From Patescibacteria group bacterium (GTDB lineage: Bacteria; Patescibacteriota; Patescibacteriia; CAIXNZ01), in NCBI GenBank assembly GCA_028714455.1, contig JAQTMG010000003.1, positions 39,834-103,833 on the forward strand: a stretch of DNA of 64,000 nt, in the 5' to 3' direction. Both the position numbers and the translations under genes were made by a program. Numbering within the stretch: the first letter of the stretch is position 1; each line of letters starts with the position of its first letter. Under the pieces are notes generated by a model. It was not told the origin of the DNA and did not search any database. It saw nothing but the letters and a program-made list of their open reading frames with translations. This document shows, in pieces, positions 39,630 through 48,451 of this stretch.

Positions 39630-40188
39630 AATTGTAATAATTTAATAAATTATTATATAAACCTTCTTGTAAAAGCGGCGCGCGCTCTAATGTTATTTTA
39701 ACACGCCTAATGAAAACCGGCTTGTCCGCGCTCAAACCAGGAATTGAAATCATAAAGCGCAGTTTTCCCTTATTTATATTTTTACCAGCCATATCATAGA
39801 CCAAGCTACTGATTTTGTATCCGTCATCTGCCGAAGAACTATTATCAAGCGGCTTTAACTCCCAATCAGCGCCGATATTTGGTCCAATTTTTATTTTGTA
39901 TTTAAAATCATCTTTATATTCTATTTCTAAATCGGCTTTCTGGAAATCGCGAGGCAAAGATAAATCAAAATAAACAGGATCGTCCAAAACCTCGGGCGTC
40001 GAATCAATATTAATTAAACCCTGCGGTTTTAAAATGGAAAAATATGGAGTAAATTCTTTGAAGTCAGTAGAAACGATCAGTTTGCCGCTCCAAACCAGAT
40101 CCCGCGCGATTAAAAAAAATGCCAGGCATAATGATAAAAAAATAACCGCGGCGACAATGATAGCTGGAATGTTTTTTTGATTATTCAT
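39604..40188 (-). CDS. Hypothetical membrane-anchored protein
   Basis: N-terminal TM; DPVYFDLSLPRDF. Confidence 0.6.
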   Translation of the reverse strand: MNNQKNIPAIIVAAVIFLSLCLAFFLIARDLVWSGKLIVSTDFKEFTPYFSILKPQGLINIDSTPEVLDDPVYFDLSLPRDFQKADLEIEYKDDFKYKIKIGPNIGADWELKPLDNSSSADDGYKISSLVYDMAGKNINKGKLRFMISIPGLSADKPVFIRRVKITLERAPLLQEGLYNNLLNYYNYAKVQFAR

Positions 40189-41818
40189 TGGAAAATTTAA
40201 TTTTATATAAATAATCGGTGTTCAAAATCCAAGCCCCAAAAATCAACGTTAAATTATTTTTCGTCAGCTCCTGCCTGACTGACGCGGTCTCACCATTACT
40301 GGTTGAAAAATAATAGAGCGGAACCCCCGTGTTGAGTAATTTCGACAAACTTTTTACTTCACTGGAATTGAAAATCACGACCTTTCTTTCTGGAAAAAAT
40401 ATCTTATCGCTGCGCTGACTGACAATAACCGCGTTGTTTTCGGTCATACCGATAACAATCTTATCAATTTTTGTGTAATCGGCTATATTTTGTTTAATCT
40501 TTATAAGATTGTCATTGCCGGAAATAAAAACTACGTTGATTGACAGAGCCAAGAATAAAATTATCAAAAATAAACTTAAAAGCAAACGAATCTTTTTGTT
40601 CTGAAAAAGATTAATTAAATAAACAAAAAATAAAACGGCGAAAGGCAGCGATAAAATATAAATCGGCAAAAAATACCGCACGTACGAAATACCAATCATG
40701 TTTAAGGCCAGAGTCAATTTATCTTCAAATAACCAGCTGCCATAATAAATGGTCAGGTACAGACTGGCGAAAATTGAGCACGCGGCAAAAACTATCTGAT
40801 CTTTTTTCGCCTTTATTTTCCAAAGCACGAGTATGCCAAGCAGCGCCGGCAAAGAAAGCCACCAAAAAAGTGCAAAATAATATTTTATGATATTAATAAA
40901 AGCCAGGCCGGGATTAAAACCAAAAGGCAGGAAAAGAAACCCGACAAAATTTAGAATCAAGGCGTCGTTACCTACTCTGAATTCGGCTGGCAGTTGCGAA
41001 ATTAAATTTCCACCCTGACCCAAGCGCAGATAACCAAAAGATAAGAAGCTGCCGTAGGTTTCGGCGTTGCACAAAAGAATCGGCAAAAAAACCAAAGCCA
41101 TCACGGCCAAAAAAATTATGGCATACCACCACTCGATTTTTTTGTAATAAATTGCCAGCAGCGCGATAACAATGGGTAAAACCCAGAAAAATTCATTTGT
41201 TCTTATTGTTAAAGCCAGTGAAATGAAAAACGAACTCAAAATCAAAAACAATATATTATTTTTTTTGTTAAACTTATCAATTTTAATAAGATAATAAAAA
41301 CCTATTATCAAAAAAGTCAGAAAGCTAACATTGGGCAACATGAAAAAACTGGCATAATACCACCAGGCCGGATTAATAAAAAATAAAAGCGCTGACAAAA
41401 AACCAATTCTCTTTCCAAAAATTAATTTAATCAATTTATAAAAATAAATACCCGCGATTATTGCCAAAAGGGGTGTCAGTAAAACAACCAGATCAAGGCC
41501 GACCACTTTCCCTATCAGGCCATAAATTAAAAGCATGCCCAAAAAAGAACCTGGCACCAAAGCCCCTTGATAAACGTTAAAGCTGCGCGGCTTGACTACT
41601 TCATCGGCAATCAAATTAAGAGGCTCTGAAACCGATAAATTGCTGGTCTGGATATAATTTTTGATGAAAAAATAGTTGGCCGTTTCGTCGGGCCAGGTGA
41701 ATTTTGCCGATAAATTATTATAAATCAAAAAAGAATAAACAAAAAAGAAAATAACCGCCAGCGCAGCTAAAATTAAGGAAATTATCACATTATTGAATTT
41801 TTTGCGGATTACCTCCAT
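40181..41818 (-). CDS. GT-C fold (PMT/ArnT-like) membrane glycosyltransferase
   Basis: WPDETANY first-loop DE motif, many TMs, RYFLP. Confidence 0.7.
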   Translation of the reverse strand: MEVIRKKFNNVIISLILAALAVIFFFVYSFLIYNNLSAKFTWPDETANYFFIKNYIQTSNLSVSEPLNLIADEVVKPRSFNVYQGALVPGSFLGMLLIYGLIGKVVGLDLVVLLTPLLAIIAGIYFYKLIKLIFGKRIGFLSALLFFINPAWWYYASFFMLPNVSFLTFLIIGFYYLIKIDKFNKKNNILFLILSSFFISLALTIRTNEFFWVLPIVIALLAIYYKKIEWWYAIIFLAVMALVFLPILLCNAETYGSFLSFGYLRLGQGGNLISQLPAEFRVGNDALILNFVGFLFLPFGFNPGLAFINIIKYYFALFWWLSLPALLGILVLWKIKAKKDQIVFAACSIFASLYLTIYYGSWLFEDKLTLALNMIGISYVRYFLPIYILSLPFAVLFFVYLINLFQNKKIRLLLSLFLIILFLALSINVVFISGNDNLIKIKQNIADYTKIDKIVIGMTENNAVIVSQRSDKIFFPERKVVIFNSSEVKSLSKLLNTGVPLYYFSTSNGETASVRQELTKNNLTLIFGAWILNTDYLYKIKFSNE

Positions 41819-41857
41819 TTGCTCTTAATTTTAGCAAAAATATGCTAAAATTGAAAT

Positions 41858-43912
41858 ATGGCAAAGATAATAAAACTAATTAGCTTTTTTTGTTTACTTT
41901 TAGCGGTTTTGATCAATTTTGACTGGTTAAAAATTCCAGCCTTAAGTATAATTTTAGGCTTGGTTTATTTTTTAATCTTTGGCTATCTGCTGGGGAAAAA
42001 TATCTTCAAAAGCCAGGAAGTTAGTTTCCAAACAATTCTCGGCATTTTCTCATTGATTTCTCTCTACTCCCTACTGGGAGCTGTCATCTATTATCTCTAC
42101 CAACTTGATACTTTAGCTATCAACGTTTTGCTCGTCATAATCTCTGGCTGTATTCTCTATCCAGAAATTGTAACTGAAAGCAAAATGCCAGAAATAAAAT
42201 GGCCAAAAACAAACCCGGCTTCAATTATTTTAACTATCACCTACCTTATAATCACCGCTGCCAGCTTTATCGTTCTTTGGCATTCGCAAACCACCGAAGC
42301 CATTTTTACTCCCTGGCAGGTCATACCCAGAGAATTTTTCGCGCTTTATGTTTTGGCCACAGTCAATTTATTACTAATAATTTTTAGAAATAAAAATTTT
42401 CTCACCCCGTTTTTGATTGTTATGCATTACTTTCTGACAATCAGCGTGGCACTCATAATTTACAAGCTCGGCTATGGCTTTGATCCTTTCATTCACCAGG
42501 CCACGGAAAAAGTAATTTTTGACAAAGGTCTAATTTTGCCAAAACCATTTTATTATCTTGGACAATATTCTCTGGTTGTTTTCCTGGCTAAATTTTTACA
42601 ACAATCGGTTGATTTAATTGACAAACTCCTGCTGCCCATCTTACTTTCAGTATTTTTGCCTTACACGATTTACAAGAGTTTAAAAAAAACTTTTGACTGG
42701 CAAAAAAGCATTACTTTAATTTTGGGATTAAGTTTCCTGCTTCTTCCTTTCGGCCTTTTTATCGCCACCACGCCGCAAGCTCTGGCGGGATTTTATTGTC
42801 TGGTAATTATTTTCTTGTCTTTTTTATATTTTCAGAATAAACAAATTCCTCTGGCCGCTCTTATTTTATTGGCTCTGACGACCATTGCCATCCATCCAAT
42901 CGCCGGCCTGCCGATTTTAATCTACCTTATTATTCTGTATCTTGTAAAAAACTTAAATAATCTCGCGGTGAAAATAATCTTGCCGATTTTCTGCGCGCTC
43001 TCGGCTTTTATTTTGCCGATTGCCTTGCTTTTCAATTCATTTATCTCAATAAACAAAGTCAGCTGGCTGCCAAATTCAGTCAGCTTCATTGATTGGCCCA
43101 GCATCTTTATGACTCAATTCAGATTTTTTCCTGATCTGGCTTATCTTTACCGAAATTTTATCTATTGGCTTTTCATTCTGATTGCCCTAATCACCTTCGC
43201 CTATTTAATTAAAACGAAAAGGGCCAAAATCTTTGTCGCGTCACTCATAACTTTTGCCATTCTGGTTATCAACGCTTTTTTACTAAATTTTATTAAAGTT
43301 AATTACATTATTAATTACGAACAAGGCGATTTTAGTCGACGAGTCTGGCAAATAGCTTTTTATTTTCTGCTACCGATTGTTTGTTATGGACTTTATTTCT
43401 TCATTCAAAAAGCCTGGCAAAAATCCGCTGTCTATAAAATATTTTTAATCGTTTCTCTTACCCTTTCTCTCACTCTTTGCTTATATTTAAGTTATCCGCG
43501 CTTTGATGACTATGACAACAGCAAGTTTATCAATGTCAGCGCCGCGGATTTTCAAGCCGTTCAATTCATCGACAAAGACAGCGCCGGACAAAATTACATT
43601 GTGCTGGTCAACCAGATGACCAGTGCCGCCGCCCTGCAAACATTTGGCTTCACAAATTATTACAACAATAATTATTTTTACCCGATTCCAACCGGCGGCG
43701 ATCTTTATAAATATTATGAAAAAATGATTTACACCGAGACCTCAAAAAAAACAATGGTCGCGGCCATGGATTTTGCCAAAGTAAAACTCGCCTATTTTGT
43801 CTTGCCGACTTATCTTAAAACATTTACACAAATCGACCAGAAAGCCGAGAGCAGCGCCGATATGGTCTATAACATCGGCGATAAGATCTATATTTACAAG
43901 TACTCAAAATAA
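41858..43912 (+). CDS. Polytopic membrane protein, possibly GT-C-like
   Basis: More than 15 TM segments; GYGFDPFIHQA, YYLGQY, HPIAG. Confidence 0.55.
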   Translation: MAKIIKLISFFCLLLAVLINFDWLKIPALSIILGLVYFLIFGYLLGKNIFKSQEVSFQTILGIFSLISLYSLLGAVIYYLYQLDTLAINVLLVIISGCILYPEIVTESKMPEIKWPKTNPASIILTITYLIITAASFIVLWHSQTTEAIFTPWQVIPREFFALYVLATVNLLLIIFRNKNFLTPFLIVMHYFLTISVALIIYKLGYGFDPFIHQATEKVIFDKGLILPKPFYYLGQYSLVVFLAKFLQQSVDLIDKLLLPILLSVFLPYTIYKSLKKTFDWQKSITLILGLSFLLLPFGLFIATTPQALAGFYCLVIIFLSFLYFQNKQIPLAALILLALTTIAIHPIAGLPILIYLIILYLVKNLNNLAVKIILPIFCALSAFILPIALLFNSFISINKVSWLPNSVSFIDWPSIFMTQFRFFPDLAYLYRNFIYWLFILIALITFAYLIKTKRAKIFVASLITFAILVINAFLLNFIKVNYIINYEQGDFSRRVWQIAFYFLLPIVCYGLYFFIQKAWQKSAVYKIFLIVSLTLSLTLCLYLSYPRFDDYDNSKFINVSAADFQAVQFIDKDSAGQNYIVLVNQMTSAAALQTFGFTNYYNNNYFYPIPTGGDLYKYYEKMIYTETSKKTMVAAMDFAKVKLAYFVLPTYLKTFTQIDQKAESSADMVYNIGDKIYIYKYSK

Positions 43913-43999
43913 GGGGCGAAAACGCTTTCACGTAAAAAACGCTGCCGTAGAGACAGGGTATACCCTGTCTCTACTTTTTATTCAAGGCGTTTTCGCCCC
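43913..43999. repeat. Composite palindromic element with one REP
   Basis: GGGGCGAAAACGC...GCGTTTTCGCCCC enclosing GTAGAGACAGGGTATACCCTGTCTCTAC (43947-43974). Confidence 0.8.
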
Positions 44000-44030
44000 A
44001 AAGAAAAAGCCCCATCAATTGATAGGGCTT

Positions 44031-45257
44031 TTAATATTTCCCAATATTTTTTACGTAAGTTCCTGCTTCGCCCGAATAACGAATCAAAAAAACGTCATAA
44101 AGAACCGCGTCTACCTCTTGCCACAAATTCTCGGCCGTTTCTCTAATAATGAAACACTGCATGCCGCTTAGCTTAAGATACAACGGCCAAATTTTTGTCT
44201 CAAAATCATCCTTTTGTTCAAGCGCTTTTTTTAGGTTAAAAATGGTCAGGCGCAAACGCAACTTAAACTTCCGAGTATTGCGCACCTGGCCATCAACCAC
44301 ATTCAGTCCTAACGTGTGCAGAATATGCCCTCGTCTGGCAAAATATGATTTATGCAAATAGTAGCGCTGATAATAGGCTCCTTTATTTTGCCACCAACCA
44401 TCTGGGTCAGGCGCCTCTTTCAGTTCATAACCCCTTTTAGCGATACGAAAAACCGCTGAAATAACGGGCGCATGCCACACAATGCAACCGCGATATTTCT
44501 CAATATCTTCCTGACCCGCTGGTTTCACAAAGTAATCGTCAGCGGAGGGATCATCTGGCCGTTCTTCGCCGCGCTCAATGTGTCTTTTTTTTGTTTCCGG
44601 CCAAAATTCTGGCGCTGTGATAAAAATGTTGTCCGCGTAACGTACGTAAGTACCCCTGATGTTCTTGGCTAGCTCGGAAAGCTCGTAATCAAAGGGTTCA
44701 AAACAAAAATCAAACAAGCGCGGGCTGGTTGGCGCGCCTTGTGGCAAACCAAAAGCCGGTAGCCCCTTTTTCTTTTGATTAAACCAGGTCGTCAAACAGG
44801 TCAAATAATAAGAGGCGTAATAACCGTACTTTTTTGACTTGAAAAAATTGAAGACCGCGCGACCGCTTGTCGAAGGAAAAGCATCCTTCACGTCAGTCGT
44901 AAAAACCGCCTGGTCTGCCTTAGCAATAGCCAATGCCGCCTCTTTGACTCCACCGCCAGAAAATCCATAGACATTTCTATGACGGTCCAGCGGCTCAAGA
45001 ATATTTTTGTTGACAGCCCGCTGAATTGTCATCAAATCAGGGTGCGGAATCTGTAAAATTCTTCTGCCGCCGCTTCTTTTAGCAATTGTAATGGTTGAAT
45101 AAAGCCATGGACTCCTGACAATTGCCGCCCACAAAATTCTACGGAATTTTTCGAAATCATTAAAAGGATAATTCAGTTCAGCGAACAAATACCAGGCTGC
45201 TTTTCTGCCTGATTCCCTTAATAAGGGATTTTTAATGCGCTCACGCGATTTCAACAA
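44031..45257 (-). CDS. Retron-like reverse transcriptase (YADN variant)
   Basis: KRSGGRRILQIP...IQR, YGF, DVKDAFPS, LPQGAPTSPRL, YVRYADN, TLGL; TTG start 8 nt after AGGAGG (the track's longer start lies inside the RNA region). Confidence 0.85.
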   Translation of the reverse strand: MLKSRERIKNPLLRESGRKAAWYLFAELNYPFNDFEKFRRILWAAIVRSPWLYSTITIAKRSGGRRILQIPHPDLMTIQRAVNKNILEPLDRHRNVYGFSGGGVKEAALAIAKADQAVFTTDVKDAFPSTSGRAVFNFFKSKKYGYYASYYLTCLTTWFNQKKKGLPAFGLPQGAPTSPRLFDFCFEPFDYELSELAKNIRGTYVRYADNIFITAPEFWPETKKRHIERGEERPDDPSADDYFVKPAGQEDIEKYRGCIVWHAPVISAVFRIAKRGYELKEAPDPDGWWQNKGAYYQRYYLHKSYFARRGHILHTLGLNVVDGQVRNTRKFKLRLRLTIFNLKKALEQKDDFETKIWPLYLKLSGMQCFIIRETAENLWQEVDAVLYDVFLIRYSGEAGTYVKNIGKY

Positions 45258-45289
45258 TATTATCACCTCCTTTCCATGTTTTTTGTTTT

Positions 45290-45320
45290 CAAAGAAAAGG
45301 GAGGGGTAAATTCCCCTCCC
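45290..45320 (-). terminator. Terminator-like hairpin between the ncRNA and the RT
   Basis: GGGAGGGG-AATTTA-CCCCTCCC followed by TTTTCTTTG. Confidence 0.7.
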
Positions 45321-45322
45321 AC

Positions 45323-45678
45323 CGCTGGTTACTCGCGAATCGCAAGCTGTGCGTGTACCGATCAAGAACCGGGTGATTTGCATATTGCCGTCAGAATTCT
45401 GACAGCCCCTTTCGGCTATTTTAGGATCTCTTAGGGTTCCGGCAATAAAGCTAACTGTCTTGATCTAATTTCGGATTTTAGGGTTAGGGAGGGGTGCAAG
45501 ATTTATACATTTACTTCAAGTTTTGGTTATCCCCTCTCCTTCTAATTAAACCGAATTACCGAGCCAGTTACCTTCGCCGAAAATTATCTAGAGAAGGATA
45601 CGCAGTTTATGTACCTAACTCAAGTTTCGGCTAATCCTTCTCTTTATCCTATTTGGCCTCAAAGCTCGCTAACCAGCG
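45323..45678 (-). ncRNA. RT-associated structured RNA (msr/msd-like)
   Basis: Terminal inverted repeat CGCTGGTTA/TAACCAGCG; TTAGCGAG after the 5' arm; multiple internal stems. Confidence 0.7.
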
Positions 45679-45687
45679 AATGATAAT

Positions 45688-45716
45688 ACTTTAGTTAAAA
45701 TTTATTAAAAAGTCAA
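45688..45716 (-). promoter_or_regulatory. sigma70 promoter for the ncRNA-RT unit
   Basis: TTGACT-17 nt-TAAAGT; predicted start near 45681, just before the 5' inverted-repeat arm. Confidence 0.65.
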
Positions 45717-45766
45717 GAAAAAAAGAACCTACATTTACGGGGCTCTTTTAATTTATTTTAACCTAT

Positions 45767-47158
45767 CTATTGTATTTTCCCGTCAATTACCGAGACCGCG
45801 TTTGAGCAACTAAAATTATCCGAGTTATCCACACTGCAAACTTTATAATAATATGCTCCCACGCTGGTGATGTTAACTTCTTTGTCTAAATAATTTTCCT
45901 CCTTGATTTTTCTGGTCGTAAGTTTATCGGCTGAATACGCAGGTGACATATTATAAGCCGAACGCAAAATCGCATACTCTTTAAAATCAGAATCAGAATT
46001 TTTCGTCCAGTTTAAATTAACGCCGCTTTCAGAAATGGTGGCTGACAAAACCGGCGCCCGGGGCGGAGTCGTATCTTTAACTTCTTCGGCTTGGCCAAAC
46101 TGCGCGCCGATAACGTTGCCGCAAGCTACGTTGCCATCCAGCTTCACCACGCAGATTCTATAATAATATTTCTTGCCCTGCTCTGGCGAGGCATCGAGAT
46201 AAGAATTGGTTTCTTTGCCATCAAAAGATTTAATCGAACCATCGGCTGGAAATTTCGGCGAGGCGTTTGTTTCAGATCTGACGATTTGATAATTTTTGAA
46301 ATCATCGCGATTGTAGACAGACCAGGCCAGATAAATACCATTCTCTTTATTGGTCAGAGTTAAAAGTAGGCTGTCAATGACTGTTTCAAATTTGGGAGCG
46401 GTTTGGACTGCCGGGTTTAAACCTTTGTCTAAATCAAAATTCCATTTGTACCAAGGGTCGCTTTGCTGCAAGCCGGCGCTGGCAAAATTATCAATTTTTA
46501 ATATGTCTTTTTTGGCCGCAGACAAATTCAGACTGGCTTTTTCGTTCGGATCTAGACGCATGCCGACAATCAAATTATTATCGGCGTCTCGCGCTTCAAC
46601 TTCCACTTTTTTGTCAATCGCCAATACGGTTACGCTTTTTGACGCCGTCTCATTAATTACTTCGAATTTCGTGCCAAGCGCGGTTACTATCGCGTTTTGG
46701 GCCATAACCTTATAATTCGCGCCAACGCTCAAGTTGTAATAAACCCTGCCCTGCGTCTGCTTGACTATAAAATTTGTTTCGTCGGTATCTTGAAAAATGA
46801 TTTCCGTATTTTCCGCCAGCCTGATTATCGAGCCGTTTTCAAAATTCAAAATCGCTCGGCCATCGGCTGCCGTCTTTATTTTATCGCCCCGATGAATTAT
46901 CGTGTCAACGACTGCGGTCGCGTAATCTTTGTTTTCCACTGACATCTGGACGCCGCCGTAAATGCCAGACAGGCTCATTAAAATATTTTTACTTGACGCT
47001 ACCTGATTATTTTCGGCGGCCGGTTTCCCGATTTCAATTTTCGAAAAATAATTCGTGTAAAACCAGTATAAGAAAAATCCCGCGGCGACAATCACTCCGG
47101 CCGCGATCAGCCACTTGACGGGACTGGCCTTTCTTTTGTAATAATAAATCGCGCTCAT
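45767..47158 (-). CDS. Membrane-anchored FecR plus fibronectin III-like domain protein
   Basis: GDKIKT...GSIIRLAENT...ALGTKF; two W...Y.I.RS...YLD...YYY.(I/V)C repeats. Confidence 0.7.
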   Translation of the reverse strand: MSAIYYYKRKASPVKWLIAAGVIVAAGFFLYWFYTNYFSKIEIGKPAAENNQVASSKNILMSLSGIYGGVQMSVENKDYATAVVDTIIHRGDKIKTAADGRAILNFENGSIIRLAENTEIIFQDTDETNFIVKQTQGRVYYNLSVGANYKVMAQNAIVTALGTKFEVINETASKSVTVLAIDKKVEVEARDADNNLIVGMRLDPNEKASLNLSAAKKDILKIDNFASAGLQQSDPWYKWNFDLDKGLNPAVQTAPKFETVIDSLLLTLTNKENGIYLAWSVYNRDDFKNYQIVRSETNASPKFPADGSIKSFDGKETNSYLDASPEQGKKYYYRICVVKLDGNVACGNVIGAQFGQAEEVKDTTPPRAPVLSATISESGVNLNWTKNSDSDFKEYAILRSAYNMSPAYSADKLTTRKIKEENYLDKEVNITSVGAYYYKVCSVDNSDNFSCSNAVSVIDGKIQ

Positions 47159-48333
47159 AGACTCAAAAGCTTATAAATATATTTTTTGATATCAAATTCC
47201 TGTGCCTTTATTTTAGCATTTTCCGAGAGATGAGAAAAATTGCCGATGTTTTGCAGGCTCAAATTCAGCTTGTTCAACAGACTAATCCTGTTGTTCGGTT
47301 CAAACAAATAGCCGCAAACGCCTTCCTGAATCAACTCGGGAATGCCGCCGATTGACGAGGCGATGACAGGTGTGGCGAATTTAAAGCTGTCATAAATCAC
47401 GCTCGGAGAATTTTCATAGCAAAGTGAAGGCACAATCGTGTAATGAACTTTTTTAAAAACCTCTCTGCCCAGCAGATTCGAGGAGATAAAGCCCAAAAAC
47501 TCGACCCAGTCGGCGTTCTCATATTTCTTTTTTAATTCATCTTCCAGACTCCCTCGACCCACCACCAAAAGCCGGCACTTGCCATTTTTATTAAATTCGG
47601 AAAAAACGTCCAGCAAAAAGGAGATGCCTTTATGCTTTTCCAGCTGACCCAGAAATAAATAATTTATTTTGTCATCTTCCAATTTTTTGTGCCAATTCGC
47701 GTCTTCCAAAATAATCGGGTTGGGCAAAACAACTTCTTTGGATTTTTTGAAAAAACCGCGCTGATGATAAAAATCCAAAAGCCATTTTGACGGGGAGACC
47801 ACGACCTCGGGGTTATTAAATAATTTCTGACAAATTTTGGCGTAAATTCGCGAAAGCCAACCCTCGCCTTCTTGACCGTAAATTATCAGACCAGAGGGAT
47901 TGACCAGTTGAACATCGTGAAGCGTATGAATATTTTTTAAACCCAAACTTTTAACGGCCGTGGGCGTTAAATAGCCAATACCTTTTAAATTATGCGTTAA
48001 AACAAGGTCTGGTTTTTCCTGCCGCAGGATTTCCTTAACTTGAAAATACGAATGTAAATTAAAAGCATCAATAATGTGCCACAAAAATCTTTTCCAGGCG
48101 GGTTGTTTGCCTATTTCCACAAATGAAAACAGGTTCAGAGGATAAAAACGATATATTTTAATATCATCCATCAGCGAAACAAAGAATTTTTTCTTGTCCT
48201 TGTGCCTGGAAATTGTGATAACAAAAACATCATGGCCGTCTTTTTTTAGTTCTTTGACAATGTTCGAAAATACAACCTCGGCCCCTCCCCGTTTATATGG
48301 CTTATACAAACTATTTATCAACGCAATTTTCAT
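47155..48333 (-). CDS. Glycosyltransferase family 4
   Basis: GGAE, GQLEKHKG, PSLCYENSP, GGIPE. Confidence 0.88.
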   Translation of the reverse strand: MKIALINSLYKPYKRGGAEVVFSNIVKELKKDGHDVFVITISRHKDKKKFFVSLMDDIKIYRFYPLNLFSFVEIGKQPAWKRFLWHIIDAFNLHSYFQVKEILRQEKPDLVLTHNLKGIGYLTPTAVKSLGLKNIHTLHDVQLVNPSGLIIYGQEGEGWLSRIYAKICQKLFNNPEVVVSPSKWLLDFYHQRGFFKKSKEVVLPNPIILEDANWHKKLEDDKINYLFLGQLEKHKGISFLLDVFSEFNKNGKCRLLVVGRGSLEDELKKKYENADWVEFLGFISSNLLGREVFKKVHYTIVPSLCYENSPSVIYDSFKFATPVIASSIGGIPELIQEGVCGYLFEPNNRISLLNKLNLSLQNIGNFSHLSENAKIKAQEFDIKKYIYKLLSL

Positions 48334-48451
48334 ATGCCTGAATTTACGAATATACTAATGTTAATTTTATTAAATTCCGAATCATTTGTTCTCAATTCTT
48401 TAGTATTCTTTATTCTAACCTCATATAACTTCATAAACATCATAAACTCCA

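Noticed and set aside
44031-45257. RT as the DGR RT serving the two variable regions
   Set aside because: It has retron-type LPQGAPTSP rather than the DGR-type (I/L)GNLTSQ, there is no Avd gene, and the upstream RNA has no AAC-rich similarity to either variable region.
45258-45383. N-terminal RT extension given by the ORF track (MQITRF...)
   Set aside because: It runs through the RNA's closing arm and the terminator, and a strong SD supports the TTG start at 45257.
45493-45521. dif/Xer-site resemblance (GGTGC...TATACA...TTACTTCAAGT)
   Set aside because: The conserved inner ATAA/TTAT arm bases are missing and the sister hairpin does not keep the pattern; probably chance.
44031-45716. Group II intron
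   Set aside because: No recognisable domain V/VI after the ORF, no interrupted host gene, and the unit has its own promoter and terminators.
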